This document shows positions 46,425-56,096 of a DNA stretch of 64,000 nt, piece by piece (positions within the stretch are counted from its first letter, which is position 1; every line of letters starts with the position of its first letter). The DNA lies in assembly GCA_964384125.1 (NCBI GenBank), contig CAYLKA010000002.1, positions 657-64,656 on the forward strand, in the 5' to 3' direction. This DNA is from an uncultured Gammaproteobacteria bacterium. Its GTDB lineage: Bacteria; Pseudomonadota; Gammaproteobacteria; Steroidobacterales; Rariloculaceae. Both the position numbers and the translations under genes were made by a program. The notes beneath the pieces were generated by a model. That model saw nothing but the letters and a program-made list of their open reading frames with translations, made no database searches and was not told the origin of the DNA.

Positions 46425-48974
46425 TCAGGCTTCGTCCTCCAATGCCCGTTGGATGATGTACTGGACATTGCCGGTGTGCGCTCGGGTTTCGACGTTGCCG
46501 CGGCGCTTACCCCTCAGCATTCGCTCAATATCTCGAAGCTGATAGAGCGCCATCGATTGGGATGGATAGTCGTGGTCATCTTCCGTCACGATTTCGATCA
46601 GTCGCGAGACGTACTCAATCTGTAGATTTTGCCTGAATGTGTTCACGTCACTGCGCAAGTCTTCGGCGAAGATTGCCGTCGTTAGGTCTCCCATCAAGTC
46701 CGCCAGCTCATATTCGTTGCCGTAAAGGCGCGAGTCCGTTACGCGGGTCATAACCCGCGGATGGAGAAGGTGTGAGAGGACCCGGCGCTGCATCGCGAGC
46801 AGCCACTCATGGACCTTGGGATCTTCTGTTTCCCCGAAGAAGTTCCAGAGCCTGCGTTGTTGCTGCAAATGGGAATAGAGATCCTGGGAAGCCGATAGCG
46901 CGCCTGGGTCAAACAGATGGTTTGCTAAAACATGCATGGCGTGCTCCTGTGTCTCGAGGTTCACCGGCACGAAGGGCGTCTCGGCGCCGGGTTGGCCTAC
47001 GACGGAGCGGTTGATGTACACCCCGCCGATCTGATGCGCTAGCACCCCGATGGAACGGGCGAACTGAGCCAACATCACGACATAGGCGTCTCGCAGCTCG
47101 TGGTAGGACTCTCCCGTGTGGACGTTCTTGTCCCTCGCCGTATCGAATAGTTCTTCGATCAGGTTCAAGCGTTCCTCGGCGTACCCGATGGGATCACTTG
47201 TCATGTCGTACCAGTGAACCCGAGGGTCCATTGCCCAGCCTGGTGCGCGCATCACGTGGTCGTCGGTTCCGAAAAGTAGTTGCGACTCAGTAGAGCGCGC
47301 TGCAATAGCGGCTAATCGTTCCGCCTCAAGCCCACGGTCTTCCAGCGCGGTCGAATAGCTGTATTCGACTATCCAATCGTCGTAGGGGCCCGGTTTCGTT
47401 CCGAAGTAGGCGGTCTGCTCACGGCCGCCGGTCGCAATGTGGATGTCGGCGTAGTCCATCACGGAAGCTTGGAGTGAACGCTCACTTACGACTGCCGGGT
47501 CGTAGATCTCCTCGAGCGAGAGCATGTTGGAGGCGGCAAAGTTATGCGCGAAACCCAGCGTATGACCCACCTCGTGAAGCGTTAGGTCGACCAGAAACTC
47601 GTGAACCAATTGCTCTTCCTGAGCGGATCCCAATTGCAAGGCGTTGATGGCAAATCGGCCGAAAGCCTGGCTCAGGTGCAGCTCATAACCAATCGAGCAA
47701 TAGTCGGGCTCGTAATAATCGGGCACTGCTGAGCCGTCCAGGTTATCCAGGATGCGCTGATACTGCACCCGTCTCGTCACCCCTGCGAACTCCAGCATGA
47801 TGTCGGCACCGATGATCTGTCCGGTGCGCGGGTTCGTGAAGGACGGCCCGTAGCCGGAGAACGGCGGGTTAGGTGAAGACGTCCAGCGCAGCACGTTGTA
47901 TCTGATGTCGCCCCCGTCCCATTCAGCGTCATCGGGCTGTATTCTGACGACCAGTGCGTTCTCGAACCCAATTTTTTCGAACGACTGGTTCCAGGCGAGC
48001 ACACCCTCCCGGATCGAATCACGGAATTCCATCGGGGTGGTGTTCTCTATCCACCATACGATCGGTTCAACAGGCTCGGATATGGGCGCTGTAGGATCCT
48101 TTTTCTCCAAGTGCCAGCGTTCGACAAGATCTCGGTAAGGCGTGACACTCGTGTCTGTGAGGTCGGTCACCTGTTGAGCAAAGAAGCCCATGCGGTGATC
48201 TGTTAGCCGTGGTTCGTAATCGTTCTCTGGGATTGCGATGAACGAGTGCTGCATGTAGATACTCACGTAACGGCTATCCGTGACCTCCTCGTCTCCACGG
48301 ACGATGGGCGCCGGGTTTTCGTACACATATTCCACGTGTACGTTCGTGTTCAGCGGGTAGTTCCTAATCTCGGTAATCTTGCTCTTGTCATCGCTCAGAC
48401 TGCCGAGCCTGAACCGGTTCCCCCTGTCCTCATCGGGATCGGGTGTTGGCTTGACCTGCAGGAGGGCCTCGGCCGAAAAAACCTCATCGACGTTGATCAA
48501 GACTTTCCCGGTTTCCTTGTCTTCGGCAAAGATGGGCTCTGAAACGAGCAACCCGGAACTGATATTCGCTTCGGAGGCGCGGCTCAGTGGGCTCTCTGGA
48601 TCGAAATAGAACGCCGTGTTTTTAGCCCGAATTTCGATTCGGTCGAAGTGGCGAGCCAGCGATAGAATCCGGTTATCTCGGTAGCGGCCCCGAAAATGCC
48701 CGCCCTGGACGACACCATCGGTGCTGACGGCGACGTATATGTACTCCCGATCAAGCTGCTCGGGGGAGATCTCCATATAGGTCGCCCCCGAATCGCGATC
48801 TCGGTAGATGGTGAACAGGCCCTCGAACCGGTCGCTATTTTCGGTGGTCTCAGCGATGGTCTTAGTGGCTCTGTTTTCTTCATCTGCTTCCTCCGGTTCT
48901 TGAGGCAGAGCCAGTTGTGCGATGACGAGCGTCAGGACGCCTAGAGTCAGAAGCGTTCGCAATGGATGTTTCAT
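46425..48974 (-). CDS. Large secreted zinc metalloprotease (HExxH; DUF4953/DUF5117-type)
   Basis: Signal peptide MKHPLRTLLTLGVLTLVIAQLA with GGAGG upstream. The zinc site is HEVGHTLGFAHNF. The 849-aa architecture resembles the zinc-dependent metalloprotease family common in marine bacteria. Start trimmed to ATG 48974. Confidence 0.75.
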   Translation of the reverse strand: MKHPLRTLLTLGVLTLVIAQLALPQEPEEADEENRATKTIAETTENSDRFEGLFTIYRDRDSGATYMEISPEQLDREYIYVAVSTDGVVQGGHFRGRYRDNRILSLARHFDRIEIRAKNTAFYFDPESPLSRASEANISSGLLVSEPIFAEDKETGKVLINVDEVFSAEALLQVKPTPDPDEDRGNRFRLGSLSDDKSKITEIRNYPLNTNVHVEYVYENPAPIVRGDEEVTDSRYVSIYMQHSFIAIPENDYEPRLTDHRMGFFAQQVTDLTDTSVTPYRDLVERWHLEKKDPTAPISEPVEPIVWWIENTTPMEFRDSIREGVLAWNQSFEKIGFENALVVRIQPDDAEWDGGDIRYNVLRWTSSPNPPFSGYGPSFTNPRTGQIIGADIMLEFAGVTRRVQYQRILDNLDGSAVPDYYEPDYCSIGYELHLSQAFGRFAINALQLGSAQEEQLVHEFLVDLTLHEVGHTLGFAHNFAASNMLSLEEIYDPAVVSERSLQASVMDYADIHIATGGREQTAYFGTKPGPYDDWIVEYSYSTALEDRGLEAERLAAIAARSTESQLLFGTDDHVMRAPGWAMDPRVHWYDMTSDPIGYAEERLNLIEELFDTARDKNVHTGESYHELRDAYVVMLAQFARSIGVLAHQIGGVYINRSVVGQPGAETPFVPVNLETQEHAMHVLANHLFDPGALSASQDLYSHLQQQRRLWNFFGETEDPKVHEWLLAMQRRVLSHLLHPRVMTRVTDSRLYGNEYELADLMGDLTTAIFAEDLRSDVNTFRQNLQIEYVSRLIEIVTEDDHDYPSQSMALYQLRDIERMLRGKRRGNVETRAHTGNVQYIIQRALEDEA

Positions 48975-49099
48975 TTTTACGTCCTCCAAGATTGCTTCGA
49001 AAGGATAGAGAATTCGTCGATATTGGGCCAGCGTGAAAACGGAGTCGGATCCGGGCAAACTATTGCAGTGGGCAGCGCAGACACTAACCAAGGACAATA

Positions 49100-49741
49100 A
49101 TGGATTTCATCTCTCTGGCGGAGTTGTCCGCTCTCCTACAAGTTTTCATCGTAGACTTGGTGTTGGCAGGGGACAATGCGATTGTAATAGCCATGGCCGC
49201 GGCTGGGCTTCCCAGCCACCAGCGTGCCCGAGTGATGATCGTGGGCATTGCGATGGCGACGATTCTACGGATCGTTTTCGCCTTTCTCACGGTCTATCTG
49301 CTGCAGATCATTGGGCTGGTGCTGCTCGGAGGGTTGCTCCTGCTCTGGGTCAGTTGGAAGCTTTGGCGCGAATTGGGTGAGCAGGCAAACCGAGGGCCCG
49401 CTCCTGAGAATAACGACGAGATCGTCCATACGTCGTCGTTGGAGTCCTCAGCGTCTACCCCAAAGACCACACGCCAGGCCATGATCCAGATCGTCATTGC
49501 CGATGTCTCAATGTCACTAGATAACGTTCTAGCTGTGGCGGGGATCGCAAGGGATCATGTCTGGGTGCTCGTCGTAGGATTGGCATTATCTATTGCTTTC
49601 ATGGGGCTGGCTGCCGTGTACATCGCACGGCTGTTGGCGCGGTATCACTGGATCGGCTACGTTGGCTTGGTCATCATATTGTATGTCGCTGTAAAAATGA
49701 TGTACGACGGGACCCTACAGATCATGGCCGTCATGACGTAA
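49100..49741 (+). CDS. TerC family / YjbE-type integral membrane protein
   Basis: LQVFIVDLVLAGDNAIVIAMAA and a second DVSMSLDNVLAVAGIA repeat, the duplicated TerC motif. Confidence 0.8.
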   Translation: MDFISLAELSALLQVFIVDLVLAGDNAIVIAMAAAGLPSHQRARVMIVGIAMATILRIVFAFLTVYLLQIIGLVLLGGLLLLWVSWKLWRELGEQANRGPAPENNDEIVHTSSLESSASTPKTTRQAMIQIVIADVSMSLDNVLAVAGIARDHVWVLVVGLALSIAFMGLAAVYIARLLARYHWIGYVGLVIILYVAVKMMYDGTLQIMAVMT

Positions 49742-49771
49742 GTATGGCGACAGAAAAACGAAGCAACCAAA

Positions 49772-50863
49772 ATGGCAAAGAAAGTAACAAACTACGAGTG
49801 TTACAGGCGTTATGATCGCTCTGTGGCGAGGATGCTGTTACTGATATTTTTCGGTTTGCTCGCGGTGCCGGTGGGTGCTCAGGATGTGCGTCTGAAGGCC
49901 CACCATATGCTGCCGCCCGTGGCTCCGGGTCACTCGATGATGTTGGTACCTTGGGTGGAAAAAGTGGAGCGTGAGTCCGGAGGGCGCCTTGCGATCGACA
50001 TCTACCCGTCGCTCCACTTGGGGGGGCAAGCTCCCGCGCTTATCGACCAGGCCCACGATGGCATCGTCGACATTGTGTGGACTTTACCGGGGTACACACC
50101 GGGACGGTTTCCCCGCATTGAGGTTTTCGAGCTACCGTTCCTTGCCGCTCATCCGGTGGTGATGAATTTCGCGATCCAGGATTTCATCGATAATCATCCG
50201 GAGGAATTTGAAGGTTATCAGCTCATATCGGCATTCGTGCACGCGGGGCAGCTTATCCACTCCAAAGTGCCGGTGCGTACGACAGCAGAGCTCGCCGGGC
50301 TGAAGTACCGAATCCCAGCACGTGTCGCGGGTTGGATGGTTGAGTCCTGGGGTGCTACGCCGATCGGTACGACCGTACAGAAGATTCCGGAGATGCTCTC
50401 AAAAGGCATAGTCGATGCAGCGCTCATTCCCTACGAAGCTTCTTTTGGGCTCAAGGTTCACGACATGGTCGACTACCATATACTTTTGGATAGTGAGACC
50501 TGGCCGCGCCTCAATACGCAAGTTCTCATGGTGGTCATGAACGCTGAGGTTTATGAACAGTTACCCGCGGATCTCAAGGTGGTCATAGATGCCAACTCCG
50601 GACGCAATGTGGCCAAATGGATGGGGGAAGTCTGGGTTGAGATGGAAAATGACGGGGAGCGTGCGGCGGGCGCGTCTGGTGAGTTCATCTACCTGCCGCC
50701 GGAAGAAATGGAGTTACTGAGACAACGCAGCCAACAGCAGGTTGCGGAACGCTGGATTTCCGTGGTTGCTGATGCGGGAGTCGATGGTCGCGCGCTCTTG
50801 GAAGAGGCTACCGCGCTGCTTGAGCACTACGGGCAGCTCTTCGCTGCGGGCGCGCTAGAGTAG
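49772..50863 (+). CDS. TRAP transporter substrate-binding protein (DctP family)
   Basis: Signal peptide, then LKAHHMLPP.APGH ... YPSLHLGG.AP.L.DQ...GIVDIVWTLPGYTPGRFP...VFELPF. A more likely start is ATG 49832 (MLLLIFFGLLAVPVGAQ). Confidence 0.75.
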   Translation: MAKKVTNYECYRRYDRSVARMLLLIFFGLLAVPVGAQDVRLKAHHMLPPVAPGHSMMLVPWVEKVERESGGRLAIDIYPSLHLGGQAPALIDQAHDGIVDIVWTLPGYTPGRFPRIEVFELPFLAAHPVVMNFAIQDFIDNHPEEFEGYQLISAFVHAGQLIHSKVPVRTTAELAGLKYRIPARVAGWMVESWGATPIGTTVQKIPEMLSKGIVDAALIPYEASFGLKVHDMVDYHILLDSETWPRLNTQVLMVVMNAEVYEQLPADLKVVIDANSGRNVAKWMGEVWVEMENDGERAAGASGEFIYLPPEEMELLRQRSQQQVAERWISVVADAGVDGRALLEEATALLEHYGQLFAAGALE

Positions 50864-50900
50864 TGCTCACACGAATAGCGAGTACAGTTCGCTCGCGCTT

Positions 50901-52622
50901 TTACCCCTTCTTCGCGATCACGTTTAGCAGAGCCTGACGTTTCTCTCTGCGCACGACGTCAAGTGCGCGCTTAAGAGCTCCAGGGAGCTCCGCGGCATCG
51001 TCTACGAGTTCGCCGTATCCACCGTTCGCCTCGCAGATCTTTTCGTAGTCCGGCGAGGCCTCCCATTCGCATAACGGTACCGACTCCACCGCCGTGGCCC
51101 AACCGTTCGGTGCGTGGCCGAAAGTTGCCTGTCGAGACCTCTGCCAGCCATTGTTGTTATAGATGACGTAGAGGATTGGCAGCGCGCATTCGCGTGACAT
51201 GAAATGGGTGGCTGTCGGCACACCGAAAACGTGACTCCCATCTCCAATCGCGCAGACTACCGTTCGGTCCGGACAGGCGAGCTTAACGCCCAGTGCTGCG
51301 CCTGGTCCCCAGCCCAGAACGGCTGAGTGAGGGTGATTGAAGAATGTCCCCGGCCGCGTAAAGCAGGTCTGGGTTGGATCCAGCGAGATCTCCGTGACGG
51401 CAATATCGGTTTCGTCGAGCACCTCGGAAATGCAGCGGGAGATCCATCGGTAGTCCAACGGAGAATCCTCGCGAACACTCTCCACTTCGACCCGCCATGC
51501 CTCCCTCTGTGCGTGGTGCGCGGTTTCCCAGCGTGATCTTCTCTCGTTAATCTCGTCCTCATTCAACCTTTTCTGGGCGATCTCGGCGTCGAGCGCGAGC
51601 AGCGTGCGTCCAGGATCCCCAGCCAGGCCTATATCCGTTGGGAATCCTCGAATCGGGTAATCCTCGTATAGTGGATCGTTGTCGATCTGGATCACGGTCG
51701 TATTGGCTCGGGGCTCGGCATGTTTGGGGAACCATGGGGCATCGGTTTCGATAGCTACGATGACGTCGGCTTTGTTCACCAGGGGGTTTACGTCGTACCC
51801 CTGATGCAGTGAATGATTTTGAGGAAAGTTCAGGTGCGTACCCCAGGACTCGACGACCGGGATCGCAAGACGTTCAGCCAAGGTCACCAGCGCATCGACG
51901 GCCTTGGGATCACGGCCCAGGGATGACGTGATGATCAGCGGATCATTTGCTTCGGCGAGCACTGTTGCCGCTCGTTCGAGAGCCTCGCGTGCTGGTAGCG
52001 TCGGCGAAGAGGGGTTGAGCCGGGTCACCGCACTGAAATCCACTTCGGGCAGCGCCTCACCCGAGACGTCTAGTGGCAGCGTCAGGTAGACGGGACCCGA
52101 CGGCTCGTTGCGTGTGATGGCGAGTGCGCGATCTACGACAGTCTCAAGCTGCTCGCCACGGCGCAGCTCATAATCCCACTTCACGAACTCGCGTAGCATG
52201 CCCGCTTGGTCGAAGGACTCCTGGGCCCAGTGAATGCCCTGGCCTCGCGAAGTGACGTGACCTTTCTCGGTTATGGAGGCGCGACCGGCGGCGAGCTACA
52301 TCGGTACTCGAGCGCGGGCCGCATTGATAATCCCCCCCAGCGCGTTAGCCGTTCCGGCGATTGTGTGGACCATCACCACCTGTGGATCGCCGGTGATCAT
52401 GGCATAGCCATGCGCCATGGAAACGGCCGTGATTTCGTGGATCGCAGTAACAGGTTGAATGCCCTTGGTTCTTCCCTGGGTCTTCCACTTGGCGAAGGCT
52501 TCGACGAAGGGGGGGAAATCTGTTCCTGCCCCGCCCCCGAAGAAATACTCGACGCCCCGCGCTTCTAGGAGCTCTAGGAGCCCCTCGGCGACGCTGTCCA
52601 CCTTGCCACTCTTTCGGGGCAT
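50901..52622 (-). pseudogene. Thiamine-diphosphate-dependent enzyme (acetolactate synthase-like family) interrupted by a single in-frame TAG
   Basis: ORFs 52296..52670 (N-terminal PYR domain) and 50901..52199 (middle and PP domains, GDGSHVFG...NN) are in the same frame. Read-through of TAG 52298-52296 gives ...NAARARVPM*LAAGRASITEKGHVTSRGQGIHWAQESFDQAGMLREF..., a continuous family-typical sequence. The start is ATG 52622, with GAGGGGG upstream. Confidence 0.75.
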
Positions 52623-52719
52623 GCAGCCCCCTCTTTTTTGCGCGCACAAACGCTTTGTGGCGGTTATCATAGCGGAGTCCAGGCGCCGTCATGGCCGAAT
52701 AAGGAAAAAGGGGAACCCC

Positions 52720-53580
52720 ATGAGAAACGTTGTTCCAGCCGGTTTACTCGTCGCGGTGCTCGCGAGTGGTGCTGCATTCGCCCAGCAGGCGCGGGATTGG
52801 GATGCTGTGGAGTTAACGATCCACCACGTGGCGGGTGATATCTATTACCTTGAAGGCGCTGGTGGAAACATTGGGTTGTCGGTTGGTGAAGACGGTATCG
52901 TGATGATTGACGATCAGTTCGCGCCGCTAACCGAGCGGATCGTTGCTGCGATCAGCGAGCTCAATGACGGCGAGATTCGGTTCGTTATTAATACCCATGT
53001 TCATCCCGACCACACCGGGGGTAACGAGAACCTCGGCAAGATGGGTATCGCGATTTTGGCGAATGATCGAGTGCGGGTGCGTATGGTTGGGGAGATGAGG
53101 CCCGAAGACGGATTCCCCATACTCACGTTCAGTGACACGACGACCGTTCACCTGAATGGCGAAGAAGTATATGTGTTTACCGTGCCACCGGCGCACACGG
53201 ATGGGGATAGCTTCATCCATTTCCGGGGCGCGGATGTGCTGCACCTGGGCGATGTGTTCAGGACCAACAATTTCCCTTATATCGATATTGCTAGAGGCGG
53301 CACGCTGCGGGGCACCCTAGAGGCGCTGGGCATGGCAATTGGGATGTCCGGGCCGGACACGCTGATCATCCCGGGTCACGGTGCCCTTTCCAGGCGAGAG
53401 GATGTCATTGAGTTCCGTGACATGACCATCGTCGTCGCTGAGCGGGTTGAGATGCTGGTTCGCGAGGGTGCCACGATTGAGGAGGTGCTGGCGGCCGGCA
53501 CGACTGCTGATTATGAAGATAAAAGGGGTGATCCGGAGAGGTTCCTCCGCGGGGTGTACGTGGAGGTTGGCGGACAGTAG
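52720..53580 (+). CDS. Secreted MBL-fold metallo-hydrolase
   Basis: Signal peptide MRNVVPAGLLVAVLASGAAFA and the motif NTHVHPDHTGGN (HxHxDH). Start set at ATG 52720, with AAGGAAAAAGGGG upstream. Confidence 0.8.
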   Translation: MRNVVPAGLLVAVLASGAAFAQQARDWDAVELTIHHVAGDIYYLEGAGGNIGLSVGEDGIVMIDDQFAPLTERIVAAISELNDGEIRFVINTHVHPDHTGGNENLGKMGIAILANDRVRVRMVGEMRPEDGFPILTFSDTTTVHLNGEEVYVFTVPPAHTDGDSFIHFRGADVLHLGDVFRTNNFPYIDIARGGTLRGTLEALGMAIGMSGPDTLIIPGHGALSRREDVIEFRDMTIVVAERVEMLVREGATIEEVLAAGTTADYEDKRGDPERFLRGVYVEVGGQ

Positions 53581-53625
53581 TCGCTCGATCAGTACCCGGG
53601 TTTCGGCCAGGCCAATGTCCTCGCG

Positions 53626-54681
53626 ATGAGCAAGCCGAGGGTCTGCGTCTATATACCGATCGATGCATCGGGTGAGTCTCATCGACGGTTTGAGGCGGCG
53701 GGATGCGAGGTCGTCTTGGGTGAGACGTCCTGGCGCACTGGCATAGACCGAGACGCGTTGCTGAATCTTTCGCATGGTTCCCACGCGCTGCTGGGCGCGA
53801 CGATAAAACGCTCACCTATAGAGCGGACTTTCCTGGAGCAGCTGCCAGAGCTGCGAATCATCGCGAAGTACACTATCGGAGTCGAAGATGTGGACCTCGG
53901 TGCCGCGACCGATCGGGGGGTCCTTGTGACTCACAGTCCGACGGAAGCGAACTGGGGCGGTGTCGCTGAGGGGACCGTTGCCTTCATGTTGGCCCTGCTT
54001 AAGCAAGTCCGAGAGCGCGATCGTCACGTTAAACGAGGTGGGTGGCGGGATTCAAAACTGCTTGGCACCTACGTGGGGAATCGGGAGGACGTTTATCCGG
54101 GTCTGTCAGGCGGCAGCGTTGGTCTTGGTCGTTGTGGCTCACGTGTCGCGGAGTTGCTGGCGCCCTGGAGGGTGCGTTTGCTTGCATGCGACCCATACGT
54201 GGATACGGCGAGATTCCAGCGCTACGGCGCGCAACGTATGGCTCTGGAATCTCTCCTCGAGGAGGCGGATGTCGTTACCCTGCACGTTACGCTGACCGAC
54301 GAGACACGGGGTTTCATCGGGCGCTCGGCGCTAAAGCGCATGAAGCCTACTGCGATTCTCATAAACACCAGTCGCGGGGCAGTGGTGGATGTTGATGCGT
54401 TGTGCGATGCCTTGGAAATAGGATCTTTGGCGGGGGCGGCCCTTGATGTTCTGCCGGAAGAACCGCCCGGAGATGATGCCAGGGTCCTCGGGCTAGGAGA
54501 CAAGGTCTTACTTTGCCCACACATGGTGAGCGCGAATGCGCCTGGAACCCTTGAGCCCGCTATTCCCTGGGCGACCGATGCGATCCTGTCGGCATTGAGG
54601 GGCGAAATCCCTGAACATGTCTACAACGTCGACGTCATTCCTCAGTGGTTGGAGAGATTTGGCGGTAAACGTCTGATATGA
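53626..54681 (+). CDS. D-isomer-specific 2-hydroxyacid dehydrogenase family protein
   Basis: NAD-binding fold VGLGRCGSRVAELL, plus INTSRGAVVD and ALDVLPEEP. Its stop overlaps the next start (ATGA at 54678-54681). Confidence 0.8.
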   Translation: MSKPRVCVYIPIDASGESHRRFEAAGCEVVLGETSWRTGIDRDALLNLSHGSHALLGATIKRSPIERTFLEQLPELRIIAKYTIGVEDVDLGAATDRGVLVTHSPTEANWGGVAEGTVAFMLALLKQVRERDRHVKRGGWRDSKLLGTYVGNREDVYPGLSGGSVGLGRCGSRVAELLAPWRVRLLACDPYVDTARFQRYGAQRMALESLLEEADVVTLHVTLTDETRGFIGRSALKRMKPTAILINTSRGAVVDVDALCDALEIGSLAGAALDVLPEEPPGDDARVLGLGDKVLLCPHMVSANAPGTLEPAIPWATDAILSALRGEIPEHVYNVDVIPQWLERFGGKRLI

Positions 54682-55970
54682 CGGGCCTTTCCAAGCCAGT
54701 CTACGGTCCGCGGGCTATCTGGTCGTGGGCGATCTACGATTTTGCAAACTCCCCGTTTACGACGCTGGTCGTAACATTCGTCTATGCGACGTACTTCACC
54801 CAGGTTATCGCACCGGATCCGGTTACCGGAACCGTACTGTGGTCCCGCGCTGTGACCATAACGGCATTGGTGGTGGCCATTTGTTCTCCGATTCTTGGTG
54901 CTTTAGCCGATCGTGGTGGCTATAGAAAGACCTTCGTCCTGTTCTTCACGCTGGTTTGCGTGTTGGCTACCGCGGGGCTTTACAGCGTTCTTCCCGGACA
55001 GATAGCGGCAGCCTTGATACTGGTCGTCATTGCCAATATTGCATACGAGTTCGGTACCGTGTTCTACAACGCTTTTCTACCGGATCTCGCGCCACCGGAA
55101 CGGGTTGGCCGTATTTCCGGCTATGGCTGGGGACTGGGGTACTTGGGTGGTCTTCTTGCGTTGACGCTGGCACTACTTACGCTGATTCAGCCTGAGACAC
55201 CCTGGTTCGGCTTTAGCACAGAAACGGGCGAAAACATTCGTGCGACCAATCTGCTAGTTGCCATTTGGTTTTTGATTTTCTCTCTCCCCTTTCTGTTCTG
55301 GGTGCATGAAGACAAGTCGATGGTGTCGAGCAGTGGTCGAGTCTTCAAGGAGACAATTACTCAGCTACGTACGACTTTCGTGAAGATCCGCAGATTCAAA
55401 GAAGTCACAAGATTCCTTGTCGCACGATTTGTCTATAACAACGGTCTCGTTACGGTATTTGCATTCGGTGGCATCTACGCGGCTGAGTCGTTCGGCTTCA
55501 CGCTTCAAGAGGTACTTATTTTTGGAATTGTCCTCAACGTAGCTGCCGGGCTGGGTGCGCTGGTAATGGGGTATCTCGATGACTCGATCGGTGGGAAACG
55601 TACGGTCATGCTATCCCTGATTGGCTTGACGGTTGCGACGTTACTCGCTGTGGTTGCAACGACGAAGCTGTGGCTTTGGGTAGCTGGTATCGTTATCGGG
55701 ATCTTTAGTGGGCCTAACCAGTCAGCCAGTCGCTCGCTAATGGCTCGTTTCGTTCCTTCGGAGTCGGAGAATGAGTTTTTTGGTTTTTTTGCTTTCTCAG
55801 GCAAGTTCACCGCTTTCTTGGGACCGATCTTGCTGGGGCTGTTGACTCAGTGGACCGGATCGCTGCGTTGGGGCATCTCGGTGGTACTGGTCATGTTCGT
55901 TGTCGGCATGTTGATCCTGATTCCGTTGGATGAAGAAAACGGCACTGCTCGTGCGGGGCGAAACCGCTGA
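54678..55970 (+). CDS. MFS transporter (UMF1 / Atg22-like family)
   Basis: IWSWAIYDFANSPFTTLVVTFVYATYF start and about 12 predicted TM segments. Confidence 0.75.
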   Translation: MTGLSKPVYGPRAIWSWAIYDFANSPFTTLVVTFVYATYFTQVIAPDPVTGTVLWSRAVTITALVVAICSPILGALADRGGYRKTFVLFFTLVCVLATAGLYSVLPGQIAAALILVVIANIAYEFGTVFYNAFLPDLAPPERVGRISGYGWGLGYLGGLLALTLALLTLIQPETPWFGFSTETGENIRATNLLVAIWFLIFSLPFLFWVHEDKSMVSSSGRVFKETITQLRTTFVKIRRFKEVTRFLVARFVYNNGLVTVFAFGGIYAAESFGFTLQEVLIFGIVLNVAAGLGALVMGYLDDSIGGKRTVMLSLIGLTVATLLAVVATTKLWLWVAGIVIGIFSGPNQSASRSLMARFVPSESENEFFGFFAFSGKFTAFLGPILLGLLTQWTGSLRWGISVVLVMFVVGMLILIPLDEENGTARAGRNR

Positions 55971-56096
55971 ATCAGGCTGATCCTTTCACTCGGATTCTAG
56001 TGTTTCGGTCTCTACTCACCCGCACATCTCCTAGAATTAAGAGTGATTCCGGCGCGGTACAATGCTGGTGGAGCGCAGCTCAAAAAGAGGAACACC

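Noticed and set aside
48975-49099. yybP-ykoY (Mn2+) riboswitch upstream of the TerC-family gene.
   Set aside because: TerC-family genes are often preceded by this riboswitch. However, the 125-bp spacer shows none of the conserved GGGGAGTAG-type core that I could recognise, and it is a divergent promoter region. A covariance-model scan would be needed to be sure.
52296-52298. Pyrrolysine encoding at the in-frame TAG of the TPP enzyme.
   Set aside because: There are no pyl genes or any hint of Pyl machinery in the window, and the enzyme family is not known to use Pyl. A nonsense mutation or base-call error is far more likely.
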